This document shows positions 43,553 to 55,335 of a stretch of 64,000 nt of DNA, in pieces. A model generated the notes under the pieces. It did not search any database and was not told the DNA's origin. It saw nothing but the letters and a program-made list of their open reading frames with translations. The translations under genes were made by a program, and so were the position numbers. Each line of letters begins with the position of its first letter. The stretch's first letter is position 1. Location: the NCBI GenBank assembly GCA_020184695.1, contig JAANOX010000070.1, positions 307,889-371,888 of the forward strand. The letters are read 5' to 3'. Origin of the DNA: Histomonas meleagridis 2922-C6/04-290x (taxonomy: Eukaryota > Protista > Parabasalia).

Positions 43553-45538
43553 TTACAACTTCAGTGGATAATACTGTGACACGTCCCAATTCTCTATCAA
43601 GAACTGCAAGAATCCGATTGCTATATCCGAGTATTCCTTTACCTGCGCTGGCTCATTAAAGTCTACTTGAGGCTGCACGATATTTGGCGAGAACACAATC
43701 GCCAAATTCTTTGGCCCCATTTTTGTTTCCTCTTCAGCCTTCGCAAGTCTCTGTAGGAATCCGATTAAGTATCCGAGCAAGTTCAAGTGCGCAGGCGGCA
43801 AATGCTGCACCACGAAGTCGAGATAATTCCCGTCTTCATGCGCGTTCTTTAAGTAAGGCAATGCCTCCACTGGCACTGTCGGGTTAGACAAGTCTCTAAA
43901 CCATAACTTAAACAATGATAACAAATCAAAGATTTCAGAATTAGGAATCGGATCATTTCCTTTGTCGATGTCTTGCACCATCTGTTGGACTAATTTCATA
44001 TTGCCTGGCAATCGAAAGATACCAGTGATACGTTCCGCGCCTTTGGATAGAATCGTTTCCGCCATACGATGAACGAGTATTGGAATCGGAAAATTCGGAT
44101 ATTCGCTTCGTTGAAACCAAAGATGCTCATAGATAGACGCCGAAAATGTACTGTGTTCGCGATTAATTTGCTTGGGGATCTTAACAGAGTAATTGATTTC
44201 GAGATTCGTCTTAGGTTTGCCGATCGCGCATCTGGCAGAAAATCGAATGTATGTAAATTGCGCAAGATTGGATATCCACTTGTTATCCGACATGGAGGAG
44301 CGGGCAAGATGAGACTTGATCCATACTTCGCTGTTTCGTGACGATGGGAAAATTGTGGCGATGATCAAAAAAAGTTCCCAAGTCTTCACCTCCCAGTCGG
44401 GATCTGGGTTCTGACGGGTCTGCTTGATCAGTTGGAAGTAAACTTCGTCGTATAGGCTGGGATTGTTGGTCAATATTTGGACAAGTTGGTCGGCACAAAC
44501 TGAGGCGCCTTTGACGAAAATTACGCCGGTGTAGTTAAGGATGAGCTTGAAACACTTCACTGCGTTCTTTTCGTCGTTGGGATTGGTTAATTTGATGAGT
44601 GAAAATTCAAGAGGCTCTTTGGAGAATTGAGTTATTTGTTCAAGCGAAACAAGTTTGCGATTAAAAACTTTGCCTGTGCGATGCTCCCTGAAGTATTGTT
44701 TAGCATATTCTTCAACTTGGAATTTATGGATATTTTCTTGGATATCAGATGGAAGATATGGAGCATTGGCATTGGGATAAAAGGATGCATCCCTCTTGGG
44801 GAATAATGATGATGATACTTTGTTTTCATCAAAATTATTGACTTCATCCGGTATATCAAGAATGTTAGTATTTTGATGAGCACGAGATCGCTTGTGCTTT
44901 CCTGAGTGTTTCTTGCGTTCTACGACAATACCATCATTGACAAATTTGAGTGGATCTTGATACATATGACTTTTCCGAATTCCACGGTGTTTTGATGTCT
45001 CGTGCTGTCGGACTGTACGACTTCGCTTTAGATTTCGTACGTCTGGATTGATATCAGGAAGAGTTTCTTCGGATTGTTTGGGTGTTGAATTATCAAGTCC
45101 AAGATTTTCAAAATCAGAAGTTTTGTTTCGTACAAGTGCATTATCATTCTTTACCTGGTTTTCATTTGAGAATTTTATATTTTTATCATTTCCATCTGTT
45201 GTATCTTTTGTTTGTGATTCTGATGTTTTTTCAGTTTGATCGGATTCTGTTGTTTGTGTGGATGTTCCTGGTGTGGATGTATCTTGTAAACTTGGATCCT
45301 CATTATTTTCTTTTGCCGCTTTTAATGCCGACTCCCGCTGTTGTAAAACAAATTCATTATAAGATTCCAATAACATTGCATATTCAGGATTTTGAGTTGC
45401 ATCAAATTCGATAGGTGTCAATGTTGTTGGATCTAGGACAATTCCATCTGCTGGAAATTGATAAGTAGTTACATTTGTTGATGGATCGAAATAATATGGA
45501 TCTATATCATTATAATATCTGTAATAAACATGTATCAT
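43553..45538 (-). CDS. WW-like/MyTH4/RhoGAP protein (ARHGAP39-like architecture)
   Basis: YYFDPSTNVTTYQFP (WW-like); DEVYFQLIKQTRQNP, WELFLIIATIFPSS (MyTH4); GIFRLPGN, SLFKLWFRDL, TKMGPKNLAIVFSPNI (RhoGAP). Confidence 0.9.
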   Translation of the reverse strand: MIHVYYRYYNDIDPYYFDPSTNVTTYQFPADGIVLDPTTLTPIEFDATQNPEYAMLLESYNEFVLQQRESALKAAKENNEDPSLQDTSTPGTSTQTTESDQTEKTSESQTKDTTDGNDKNIKFSNENQVKNDNALVRNKTSDFENLGLDNSTPKQSEETLPDINPDVRNLKRSRTVRQHETSKHRGIRKSHMYQDPLKFVNDGIVVERKKHSGKHKRSRAHQNTNILDIPDEVNNFDENKVSSSLFPKRDASFYPNANAPYLPSDIQENIHKFQVEEYAKQYFREHRTGKVFNRKLVSLEQITQFSKEPLEFSLIKLTNPNDEKNAVKCFKLILNYTGVIFVKGASVCADQLVQILTNNPSLYDEVYFQLIKQTRQNPDPDWEVKTWELFLIIATIFPSSRNSEVWIKSHLARSSMSDNKWISNLAQFTYIRFSARCAIGKPKTNLEINYSVKIPKQINREHSTFSASIYEHLWFQRSEYPNFPIPILVHRMAETILSKGAERITGIFRLPGNMKLVQQMVQDIDKGNDPIPNSEIFDLLSLFKLWFRDLSNPTVPVEALPYLKNAHEDGNYLDFVVQHLPPAHLNLLGYLIGFLQRLAKAEEETKMGPKNLAIVFSPNIVQPQVDFNEPAQVKEYSDIAIGFLQFLIENWDVSQYYPLKL

Positions 45539-45991
45539 TGTCTAAAAAGTGAGGATGCCCTTTTTTTAACAGATCAAAAACCGGAACAATTCAAATTTTT
45601 GATTTTAATTCAAAAAGTTGAAACTTTTTGAAACAAGTGTGATCTGACTTTTATGCAGGATGACAAAAAAACGAACAATGAGTTTAAAACTGTATTTATC
45701 AGCTTAAGTTTTGAACCACAAGATTTTTAATATAATTTGGAAAAAGATGAAAATATGAATTTAATATCGTATTTTTTTATGATCTAAGTTTTTATTTTAC
45801 CATTAATTGATCATTTTTAAAGATGTTTTTCAAAGAAATAAATGAAAAAATTTATAGTGATAATACAGTATTTTTTGTTTTAATATTTTTTGCATTTAAG
45901 AAGCCGGAAATATGAATAATTCTTTTGATTTATGATTAATTGGTTGGAACCGTCAATAACCGAAACGTAAAAAGTTAACGAATTATTTTAG

Positions 45992-47272
45992 ATGAGCTAT
46001 CTCACAGCTGGTGAGCCATCTCTCAAACTTCTTAAAACAACAGGCCATGAAAATGAACAAGCTGAATATCAAAAATTAATTGGCCAAACTAATTCCACAG
46101 AAGATGAAATACCATCATTTTGGCATAAAAATATTCCTGACAATTTAGAAAAAAGCCATTGCCAAATGATGGGCCAACAAGCAGCAGAACACATCCTTAA
46201 TAAAGTTCCTGATGATGAAGAACTTGAAGAAATATTTCATTATTTTTCATTCAAGAACAGTCAAATAATCAAATACGATGAAAATCGATTCAAAAAGATC
46301 ATTAAAGATGTCAATTTTTTCCTAATTTCTGAGAAAACCGTTAAACTTTTTGTCAGTTACAACAGGTATTTCAATTTTGGGTTATTTAGAGAATATATTA
46401 AGCTTCTTTGCAAGCTTTTCATATATCTATCACGAATAGTTCGTTATTCTACGAACGAAGGTCTTCTTCTTGATGATAATAATTATATGAAATTTGTTGA
46501 AGAATTTCTTGATGACATTTCTTCTTTCAAATTTATTAAGTACAACAATATTACACAATTTTACCTTCAATATTTTTGCGTTATTATACAAATCTGTTTT
46601 GATCCATATCAGACAAATTCATATAATCCATTTCAAATGGTTTGTTCATCAGATTTTATTTCATTCTTTAACATTGAAGAAGAGACAGGCAAAGACAACA
46701 TCTTTTCATATGAATCATTTCTTGACATATATAATCAATTCTACAAATTATCGAAAGAAGGATTAATTACCAAAAGCAAACTCAAAAATTATCAAAACCA
46801 TAAACTTACTGATGCATTTATTGAACGTGTTTTTGAGGTATCAAGTAAATATGGAGATGAAAAAGGAATTGATTTCTTTGGCTTTTTAATGTTTCATTTA
46901 AACTTTGACTTACTTATAAAACATCCAAACTCGGGCGTTTACTTGTTTAGGTTATTTGATATTGATGGTGATGGAGTCGTAAGTCCATTTGACTTAAGTT
47001 TCTTCTTTAAGGATTGCATGCGCGAATCACGTATAAATCAAGTAATCGATTTCGATAATTTCGTAAAGGAAATGTTCGATAGGTTAAATGCAAATTTGTC
47101 GGGATTTACAATTGAACAATTTTGTAAATCACCTGAAAGAATTTACGTAACGTACTTGTTGGCGGATTACTCAAACTTTGTTAAGGGTTTTATAGAGGAA
47201 GAGGAAGATGACGACCACCAGGATGACGATTCATTCGATTCAGATTATGATGACTATGACGATTATGAATGA
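45992..47272 (+). CDS. EF-hand protein, PP2A regulatory subunit B''-like
   Basis: LTDAFIERVFE, YLFRLFDIDGDGVVSPFDLSFFF; acidic C-terminal tail. Confidence 0.75.
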   Translation: MSYLTAGEPSLKLLKTTGHENEQAEYQKLIGQTNSTEDEIPSFWHKNIPDNLEKSHCQMMGQQAAEHILNKVPDDEELEEIFHYFSFKNSQIIKYDENRFKKIIKDVNFFLISEKTVKLFVSYNRYFNFGLFREYIKLLCKLFIYLSRIVRYSTNEGLLLDDNNYMKFVEEFLDDISSFKFIKYNNITQFYLQYFCVIIQICFDPYQTNSYNPFQMVCSSDFISFFNIEEETGKDNIFSYESFLDIYNQFYKLSKEGLITKSKLKNYQNHKLTDAFIERVFEVSSKYGDEKGIDFFGFLMFHLNFDLLIKHPNSGVYLFRLFDIDGDGVVSPFDLSFFFKDCMRESRINQVIDFDNFVKEMFDRLNANLSGFTIEQFCKSPERIYVTYLLADYSNFVKGFIEEEEDDDHQDDDSFDSDYDDYDDYE

Positions 47273-47595
47273 ATTTATAATAATAAAATATGATTATATA
47301 TACAATTGTAATCATTTATTGATGTAATTAACTTGTGTTCTGCCGATGAAATTTCGTTTTTTTGATAAGAAATTGTAGAATCAGCAAATCAATGTGATTC
47401 TTGTTTTAACAAACACCAAAATTTTTCATATCTTCTTTTTGATAAAAATGATTGAATATGATTTTATAAAAAAAAAATTTTTTTCTTGTACCTTATTTTT
47501 CAAAATATTCAAAAACTTTCCATTGTACTTCTTTTGTAGTATTCATATGTTATATAAAATTGAAAGTAGATTTTCTAAAAAACATATATATATGT

Positions 47596-47889
47596 TTAAA
47601 AATCTCTTCCTGCCCATTGATCTTCTAGAACGCGTGCAACAGCAACAGATCCATCAATAAAAACTACATCTGCACGCGCTTTATATCCCTCAGGCGCACC
47701 TGCTTCACTAAGTACATCATAGAGTATTTGGATAGGACCTGAATTATTTTTATCATCTAAATAACCAGCAACGATTGCGTAAGGAACAAAGATTGGTTTG
47801 CATATTTCAGGATCTCCTTTTTCAACAGCTTCAGCATACTTATATGCTACTTCTTGAACCTTATTAAAATCTTCAATGGAAGCTCTCAT
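47596..47889 (-). CDS. Second lumazine-binding/NTF2-like protein, C-terminally truncated
   Basis: EDFNKVQEVAYKYAEAVEKGD..KPIF...AVARVLEDQWAGRDF*. It lacks the final strand (LMKIDGQWKIV) present in the 10156 paralog. Confidence 0.65.
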   Translation of the reverse strand: MRASIEDFNKVQEVAYKYAEAVEKGDPEICKPIFVPYAIVAGYLDDKNNSGPIQILYDVLSEAGAPEGYKARADVVFIDGSVAVARVLEDQWAGRDF

Positions 47890-48287
47890 GACAATCAATA
47901 AGTGAAGTCATTTGTGTTATGTTAAATAATTGGTGAAATTAGTGATAAATGGTGATGTGTTCGATAATTTTTTATATAAACAAATTAATTATAATTGTGA
48001 AAAGTTACAAAAATTTCAAAGCAACACAAAACATTACAAATAAGCTCTGGTCATTTTAATGATAAAATCCATTTTCCTTGAAAGAAGTAAATTTTTAGAG
48101 ATCAAAACATATCAAAAAATAAATAATTTAATTATATTAAAACTGTTAATTAAAAATACATATGATCAAACCAATTATAACAAAACACACAAAATATTTA
48201 ATAATTATAAACAATTTTATTTCAAAAGAAGAGTAATATTTGCTGATTTTAAGAATTTCCTCTTAACATCAGTTCATATAAACACTT

Positions 48288-49948
48288 TTATAAATCAATA
48301 ATATTAATATTGTTATCTTCTTTAAAATCTTTCGAAAATGGATCTTCTTCGATTTGTAATTTATCATTACATATTTCTAGATTATTTAGGGTTTCGATTT
48401 CTTCTTGACTTATAGCGTTTTCACTACTTTGTTTATGTTTTCTTTTATTATGATATAATGTTATAAAAATTACTATAATAATGATGACAACAATAACCAC
48501 AACTATGCAAGCAATTATTATAAGAGTCATATTATTATCTTTTCCATTATGTTCAATTGTATTAATATATGAATATGTATAAAACTCATACAATGAATAA
48601 TATCGAACAATACTATATTCATAATATATAAATTCTGTGTAAGAAATCATAAATGATGAATGATATAGCGAATATATTAATGTATTTGATATAAACGAAT
48701 TATTTATTACAACAGTTTCAGTAATTTTTAAATATGTTAATAACATTTTTCTATTGTTTCAACATTTAGAAGATCAATTGATGTTAATGATGAACAAGAA
48801 TAAAATCCATAAGATCCAATTGATTTAATGTTTTGTCCAACATTAATTTTCATTAGTCCTGCTGAAGAAAATGCATTTTTGTCAATTGTTGTAACTTTTG
48901 AAGGTAATGAAATTTCTTTAAGTGCACTACAACCACTAAATGAATAAGCTCCAATTCCAGTTATTAATTCATTTAATGTAACTGAAGATAACATTACACA
49001 AATTTGGAACAAGCCCAATGGAATGTAGCTTATATTTCCAACATTAGCCCTTGTTAAATGTGAACAACATTCAAATACAGAATCGCCAAGTGTATCAACA
49101 GATAATGGAATATCAAATTCAGTTATTGCTGTATATGCCAGTGCAGAATCGCCAATTGTTGTTAAATTACTTCCATTAATTGTAAATTTTGTAAGTTTAT
49201 CACAATGATAAAATGCTTCACTACCAATTGTTAGGGTATTTGAAGGAAGTACAACTGATGTTATCCCACTATATTCGAATGCACCACGAGAAATTCTTCT
49301 AATTCCTGATCTGAATGTGATATTTAATAATGATGAACAATGCTCAAAAGCATAAGAACTGATCTTATTAACTGAGTTTGGAATATTAATAGATATCAAA
49401 TTTATACAACATGAGAAACAATATTCAGAAATTTCAGTTAAAATGTTAATATCTTCTTCAAAAGTAAAATTAGTCAAATTCATGCAATATCTAAAAACCT
49501 GGTAACCCATATACACAAGATTTTTTGGAATAGTTACTGAAGTTAATGAAATACAATGTTCAAATGCAATAGATGAAATTTCGAGAATATTAACAGGTAA
49601 TGTAATAGATTGAAGAGATTCACAATAATAAAATACACCACTCCCAATGATTCTTAATCCTTCACCAAATGTAATATTTTTTAATTTTGTGCATTCGCGA
49701 AAAGCGTCTTCTTCAATTGTTGAAACAGAGTCAGATAAAGTAACAGTCTCAATTAGTTCTGCAACGATGAATTGACATCTCGGAATATAGGTAACATTAT
49801 CACCTTTGATTTCCAGTTCAATTGTCTGATTTTTAAGATTCAAAATATCATCAAAATCAAGTTGTTTATTAAGAGTAAGCTTTCCTGCATCAAAGGTCCA
49901 TTCTTGAGTTGTCTTTCGAAATAATATGAATAAAAAAAGGGAAAACAT
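48288..49948 (-). CDS. BspA-like leucine-rich repeat (LRR_5) surface protein, frameshifted near 48740
   Basis: Repeats such as SVSTIEEDAFRECTKLKNITFG in ORF 48737-49948. The overlapping ORF 48288-48746 supplies a TM and an acidic tail EEDPFSKDFKED. Confidence 0.8.
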
Positions 49949-50381
49949 TGTTTGTGAACAGTCAAGATTTTTTTGACAAAACAGTTATTTAAAGACAGAA
50001 ATTCAGAGAGTAACCGTTTACTATATCACGATTTTTAAATTCACTCAATATTTCACAGAAATCTGACTTTTTCATATAATTAGCTGAAATTATTTGTGAA
50101 ATTTGTTTTGACAGTTTCGTTGTTGTTCTTTCCATAGAGGGTGAATACATTTTTTAGATCTTAGCAGTTCATGTTTAATTGCTCTTGCATGAAACGTGAC
50201 AAATTTTTAATCATTACTATTTAAATTAAGAATTTTGAGATTAATCTCATTTTATGCTTTATAGCTGATATTAATGATTTTTATGCTGCTTTGTTATTAA
50301 CCATTTATTTTAATATTATCTTCTATTCAAAATAATGTAAAAAATTTTTACTCTTCATTGAGAACGTTAATAATTGACAAA

Positions 50382-50402
50382 AACCGTTTCGGCTTGGCCT
50401 TT
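50382..50402 (+). promoter_or_regulatory. M3-like (AACCGTTT) plus M5 (CCTTT) core promoter of RPS17
   Basis: aaccgtttcggcttggCCTTTcgcATG. Confidence 0.7.
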
Positions 50403-50405
50403 CGC

Positions 50406-50789
50406 ATGGGTCGCATCAGGACCAAGACAACCAAAAGAGCTTCACGCCTTATTATCGAACGTTTCTACGGTCAATTAAGCTTTGACTTTCAAGACAACAA
50501 ACGTGTTTGTGACGAAGTCGCAACAATCCCATCAAAAAGAATGAGAAACAAGATTGCTGGTTATGTAACACACTTAATGCGTCGTCTTGAACGTGGTCCA
50601 GTTCGTGGTATTTCATTCAAACTCCAAGAAGAAGAACGTGAAAAACGTGATAACTGGATGCCAAAGGTTTCACAACTCGAACAACCAACAATCAGCGTTG
50701 ACCCTGACACAAAGGCTATGCTTGCTGCCATTGGTCTTGACAATATGGAAGGTGTTGTTGTTAGGGACAATGCTCGTCGTCGCAAATAA
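50406..50789 (+). CDS. RPS17: 40S ribosomal protein S17 (eS17)
   Basis: [54 protein letters not shown]; ATG at 50406. Confidence 0.98.
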   Translation: MGRIRTKTTKRASRLIIERFYGQLSFDFQDNKRVCDEVATIPSKRMRNKIAGYVTHLMRRLERGPVRGISFKLQEEEREKRDNWMPKVSQLEQPTISVDPDTKAMLAAIGLDNMEGVVVRDNARRRK

Positions 50790-50845
50790 ACATTTTTATC
50801 TCCATTCCATATCCAACTTTTTCAATGGTTTATTGAAGTAAACCC

Positions 50846-50875
50846 AGCGGTTTGAGCGGTTTTGGTCGAACCTTA
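50846..50875 (+). promoter_or_regulatory. Tandem GCGGTTT (M3-like) motifs plus a CCTTA (M5-like) motif upstream of RPL39
   Basis: agcggtttgagcggttttggtcgaaccttaatatcaATG. Confidence 0.5.
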
Positions 50876-50881
50876 ATATCA

Positions 50882-51037
50882 ATGACCGCCCACAAGACCC
50901 TCCGTATGAAGCGTATTCTCGCAAAGAAAATCAAGCAGAATCGCCCAATGCCACAATTCATCAGACAAATGACAGGTGTTCGTCATGTTCAAAACCCAAT
51001 GCGTCGTCATTGGAGAAGGAGGAAGCTCAACATCTAA
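50882..51037 (+). CDS. RPL39: 60S ribosomal protein L39 (eL39)
   Basis: 51 aa, [28 protein letters not shown]...[11 protein letters not shown]. Confidence 0.96.
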   Translation: MTAHKTLRMKRILAKKIKQNRPMPQFIRQMTGVRHVQNPMRRHWRRRKLNI

Positions 51038-51322
51038 ATTTGACTAAAATATAATCACCCTACCTGTATTCTTTTATTTTATTTTGTTTTTTTTAAATGT
51101 CTATTTTGATTAATTGTCAAATATAATATTCAAAATAACAGTTATACTTTATTAGATGATGGGCATGACTAACAATGGTTAAGTTCAGTTTATTATATTA
51201 GGTCTTTTGTTTTTTATTTTGTATTAGACATTTGTTTTGCGTTTCTTTTGGTTTTGTGCTGAGTAGCACTTTTTCATTTTTTAACGTTTACAATTGAATC
51301 CAAACCGATAATCGGTAATCAA

Positions 51323-53239
51323 ATGCACAAAGAAGCTGGAAAGACATCCATTTTTATTACTATTCCTTCCTTGTGCAAACTTGTTGAAGTAAACGTAATT
51401 TTCAATGAGAGGATATCAGAATTAATTGCGAAAGTCCTTTCTAAATTCAAAATTAAAGATGAAGAAAATTTCCATTTAATGGGTAGAACACCTAATATCA
51501 AAATGTTTGAAGCCAATGATTCATGTAATTCTTTATTTGCAAGCAATTTTGATTCGTTTATTCTTGATAATCATTATGTTGTTCCAATCACAGTTTACTT
51601 TGAAGGCCAAGAAGAAATTTTCTTTTACGATGTAACTTTGAACCTAGACAACTTAATTTCCATGATTACTGACCGTTTTGTTCTTCCTATTCATAAAAAT
51701 TATTTTATAATAATCGATCCAAGCACTAATAATATACTTCCAATAGACAAACCCACAGTATCACCAGCATTGGTTGTTTTTCGAATTGAAACTCATGCCA
51801 ATCCACTTATTTTTGATCTCTCACATTTTCCATCTCAGAAAGATCATAGTTCTTTTTATCTTTCCAACTTGTCACGTCTTATTCTCACAGATTCTATGAA
51901 ATCACTTTTTGCCCAAGTTCGTTCACATATAAATGATGAAGATTTTCAAATTATTACTTTAACGAATGATGAAATTACAAAATGCCTTCATGTTTTTACC
52001 ACTGGCCAAAATGTTTTATCCCTTACTCCTGTACAACAAAACTCATTATTATTTATTCTTCTTTCATTTCAATCCAAATCATTAGCTCCTACTCTTTCAT
52101 CACTTTGCTCATCTTCAATGAGTTTACCCAATGATCTTTTACGACTTAATTCCATTATTTCAATTCTTTTCAGTTTTCCACTTCCATTATATTTGATGCT
52201 TTTAGAACTTTCCCGTACCTTTGGAGGCATTCCAGCTCACCCACTACGTCGGAAGAAAGTCATTGAGCTTATCACTGAGGTCATTTTTCGCGAGCATCAA
52301 AACATTGAATTTGAGCGAAATTTCATATCGTTCATCTTAACGTTCTACCGGATTATCTTCCGCGACACTTTTCTAACGGACGACACGGAATTTCGTACTG
52401 ATTCTGAAACATTATATATAACAAATTCCGACAAAATATTATATACATTTAAAGGTAAATCAACCACGAATTATTCTGATACAAATCCATTTAATCCCGA
52501 ATCCATTGATATTGTTACCAATTTACATACACAATTTGGAAAGTCAACAGATAATAACAAAAACATTATCACTAATGAGATCATCAACAATAACTTTAAT
52601 TTATTAAACGAACGAATTGATAAAATCCATAAACTTGTTAACAAATATAAATTACGAAATCAACTTACATTTATCAACAATAGCATTCCATCGCCACAAG
52701 CATTTTTCCAATTAGATTATGATAATTATGCATTATCTGAATTACCCGAACAAATAATGACAGAAGTATCACCTATTATACTCGAAGATAATGATGATGA
52801 GTTTAAAGTACGAAGTCTTGATACCGCTTTATTAGAACCAAAAGTTTCGCGACCGATTTCTAATAATAAACATTTGATACCGAAGCCGAGAGTTAAAATT
52901 AATCAGACTCCAATACAATCGAATAATATATTCGAAAGATCAAAGACTTCGGATATGTTTAACTCGTTAAGAACAACTTCTTCTTATGTGAAACTTAATA
53001 ATATTAATAATAATATTCGAAATCTAAGAAATCGAATGAACGCTAAAAGAGATAGTTTGGAGGCGTGGTCAAGCGAATTGGAGTTTTTCTCAAGCGAGAA
53101 CTCAAATAGTTTGGAGATGTTCAACACAATGAAATCCGACGTATCAGGTTTAAATAGTTTGAAGTTAGAAGAAGAGGATTATGATGAAGAGGATGAAGAG
53201 GAATTAGATGAAGAAGATGAAAATGTTGAAAAAAAATAG
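51323..53239 (+). CDS. Hypothetical protein (possible N-terminal ubiquitin-like folds, acidic tail)
   Basis: 638-aa ORF with normal codon usage; no confident family. Confidence 0.7.
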   Translation: MHKEAGKTSIFITIPSLCKLVEVNVIFNERISELIAKVLSKFKIKDEENFHLMGRTPNIKMFEANDSCNSLFASNFDSFILDNHYVVPITVYFEGQEEIFFYDVTLNLDNLISMITDRFVLPIHKNYFIIIDPSTNNILPIDKPTVSPALVVFRIETHANPLIFDLSHFPSQKDHSSFYLSNLSRLILTDSMKSLFAQVRSHINDEDFQIITLTNDEITKCLHVFTTGQNVLSLTPVQQNSLLFILLSFQSKSLAPTLSSLCSSSMSLPNDLLRLNSIISILFSFPLPLYLMLLELSRTFGGIPAHPLRRKKVIELITEVIFREHQNIEFERNFISFILTFYRIIFRDTFLTDDTEFRTDSETLYITNSDKILYTFKGKSTTNYSDTNPFNPESIDIVTNLHTQFGKSTDNNKNIITNEIINNNFNLLNERIDKIHKLVNKYKLRNQLTFINNSIPSPQAFFQLDYDNYALSELPEQIMTEVSPIILEDNDDEFKVRSLDTALLEPKVSRPISNNKHLIPKPRVKINQTPIQSNNIFERSKTSDMFNSLRTTSSYVKLNNINNNIRNLRNRMNAKRDSLEAWSSELEFFSSENSNSLEMFNTMKSDVSGLNSLKLEEEDYDEEDEEELDEEDENVEKK

Positions 53240-53597
53240 AAAAAATTATTAAAGATTTAATGTGATATATGGCTACATTGAAATTATAGTGAACAACTTA
53301 AGATGTTTCTATAAACTTATCAAGGTATACTTCCGATTTTTGTTTTTTTAAGGTGAGAAATGTAAAAAGATAATGTAATTTATATTTTTTATGAATAATT
53401 CTTTCATCCCAGATATACAAAAATGGAAATAAAAAAATTAGACTTTTTAAATAGTTTATTTCTTACCCACCAAACAACAATCGAACTCAGTCAAAATTGA
53501 TGAAAAATTCGATGCAAATTTGTTTGATTTCACAACGAATTAGTTGTTCGTCCAACTTTTTGAATAGTAATTCAAAATTTGAATTAATATAGAAAAT

Positions 53598-54590
53598 ATG
53601 TCACTTTTTGACGAAATTTTGCATTCAAATTTGAATCTGTTGTTCGCGAACAAAGAAGATTTTTTGATGATTCTTTTGTTTCCTCTTCTTGTAAGTGGAA
53701 AAAATTATAATGGAAGCGATGCAAGAATCGCTGTACTACGTTTGCCTTATCCTTTCAACCACAAAGTTTTAAAGGTAACGTTACCTTACATTAATGTATA
53801 TGAAGACTTTTCTTTATCACGGTTAACTTACTTATTACCAATATTTATATTATTGTTCTCTTTGCTTTGCGTTTTTTGGCTTTTAAACGTGGTAAAAAAT
53901 GATCAATATCGAGCAAAAATGCATTATCTTATTACAATTTATTATGGGCTATGCTTAATAACATGTACTATTGATTATTACATTAATGTCAAAACAAATC
54001 ATGGTGATTCAATTCCTAATTTTATTAAAACTTCATCATCTTTCATGCGAGTTCTTGTTACAACCTATGGGTTCACAATATGGTATTTAGTTTCTAATGG
54101 CTATAATCTCATTACGAATGAAATCCATTTATTTGAATTTATACTTTATATCATTTTAACTTTCAGAATTTGTTGGTCCTCATATTGCATTTCAGACATA
54201 TCTGTTAGTCCTCTCCAGGAGTTAATTGATTGGCCTATTTCTTTATTAGTGTTATTTCTTCTTCTTCGAACAATCAAATACAACAAAAGAAACTTTAATG
54301 AAGTATTTACATATGGAGAAATAGAAAACACTTACATGTATCCAAATATTCTCATGAAAAAATACTTATCATTGATGGCATTTATTACAGTATTTGTTTA
54401 CTTCATTACATGTTATGAGATAAAAGCATTTTGGTTTGCAAGATGTTCATTATATTCGATGCATTTCATATTCTGCTCCTTGTTGTATAATCTTTTTATT
54501 AAGAACTATAAGAAACTAACAACAACAGAAATTTTGTTTAAATTGGATCCAAACATAGCTGTAGATACAATCGTTGATCAATATATATAA
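53598..54590 (+). CDS. Hypothetical multi-pass membrane protein
   Basis: 330-aa ORF with about 7 hydrophobic segments. Confidence 0.7.
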   Translation: MSLFDEILHSNLNLLFANKEDFLMILLFPLLVSGKNYNGSDARIAVLRLPYPFNHKVLKVTLPYINVYEDFSLSRLTYLLPIFILLFSLLCVFWLLNVVKNDQYRAKMHYLITIYYGLCLITCTIDYYINVKTNHGDSIPNFIKTSSSFMRVLVTTYGFTIWYLVSNGYNLITNEIHLFEFILYIILTFRICWSSYCISDISVSPLQELIDWPISLLVLFLLLRTIKYNKRNFNEVFTYGEIENTYMYPNILMKKYLSLMAFITVFVYFITCYEIKAFWFARCSLYSMHFIFCSLLYNLFIKNYKKLTTTEILFKLDPNIAVDTIVDQYI

Positions 54591-55335
54591 GTTATTTTGT
54601 TATGTAACTTAGTAAATGATTCTCTAAACTACGAATTTTTGTATTTAATCATAAAGTTAAAATAAAATTATTTTCATTTTATATGATCGAGAAATGCTTT
54701 GTCTAGACTGGTAAAAAATGTCCTTATTGTTCTATAATTTGAAGTTCATTCTTCATTTGTTGTGCAAACATATCGATATTTCGTTGTTTTCTGAATTTAT
54801 AAGTACCTCAATTAAAGAAAGAAAATCATCACATGTGAAAAACGCCAATGATAATAAATTAAAAGTTTTATAACTTTCGAAAGAAGAAATTCTACACCAA
54901 ATGAGACAATATCAACAGGTTGTTTATTTACGATTGGCTAAGCTTACAACATATAAGATATGTTAATACAGCATTTAGTGTTTTACTGTGTACTTGGATT
55001 AAAAAACTTTAGGTCGAATGATAAAGAATTCAAGTTGGTCATATATCAGAAGAAAAAATTTGAAAATCAAAATTCTGTCTCGTATTTACATTCATCTAAT
55101 TTTTAATGTATTTATAAAAAAACAAATTGTATTTTTAAGTGTGAATTTATAATAGTTAAAATTGACTATTAGTTGAGATATTTATATTTGAAAAAGATTA
55201 GGTAACCACGAATTAAATTCGTTAAAATTTTAACTTTTGAGAACCAATTCATTGAATTAGATTTTTCTTATCTTGAAATATTGAATGGTTTTTTCTCAAA
55301 TTTGGAAGGTGATTTTGAATAGTTTACTTGACCAA

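Noticed and set aside
47490-47598. Intron or readthrough restoring the C-terminus of the second lumazine-binding protein (QWKV downstream in frame)
   Set aside because: Two TAAs intervene, the spacing is 24 codons versus 11 in the paralog, and there is no GTATGT/CTAAC/AG signal or 17-nt pattern.
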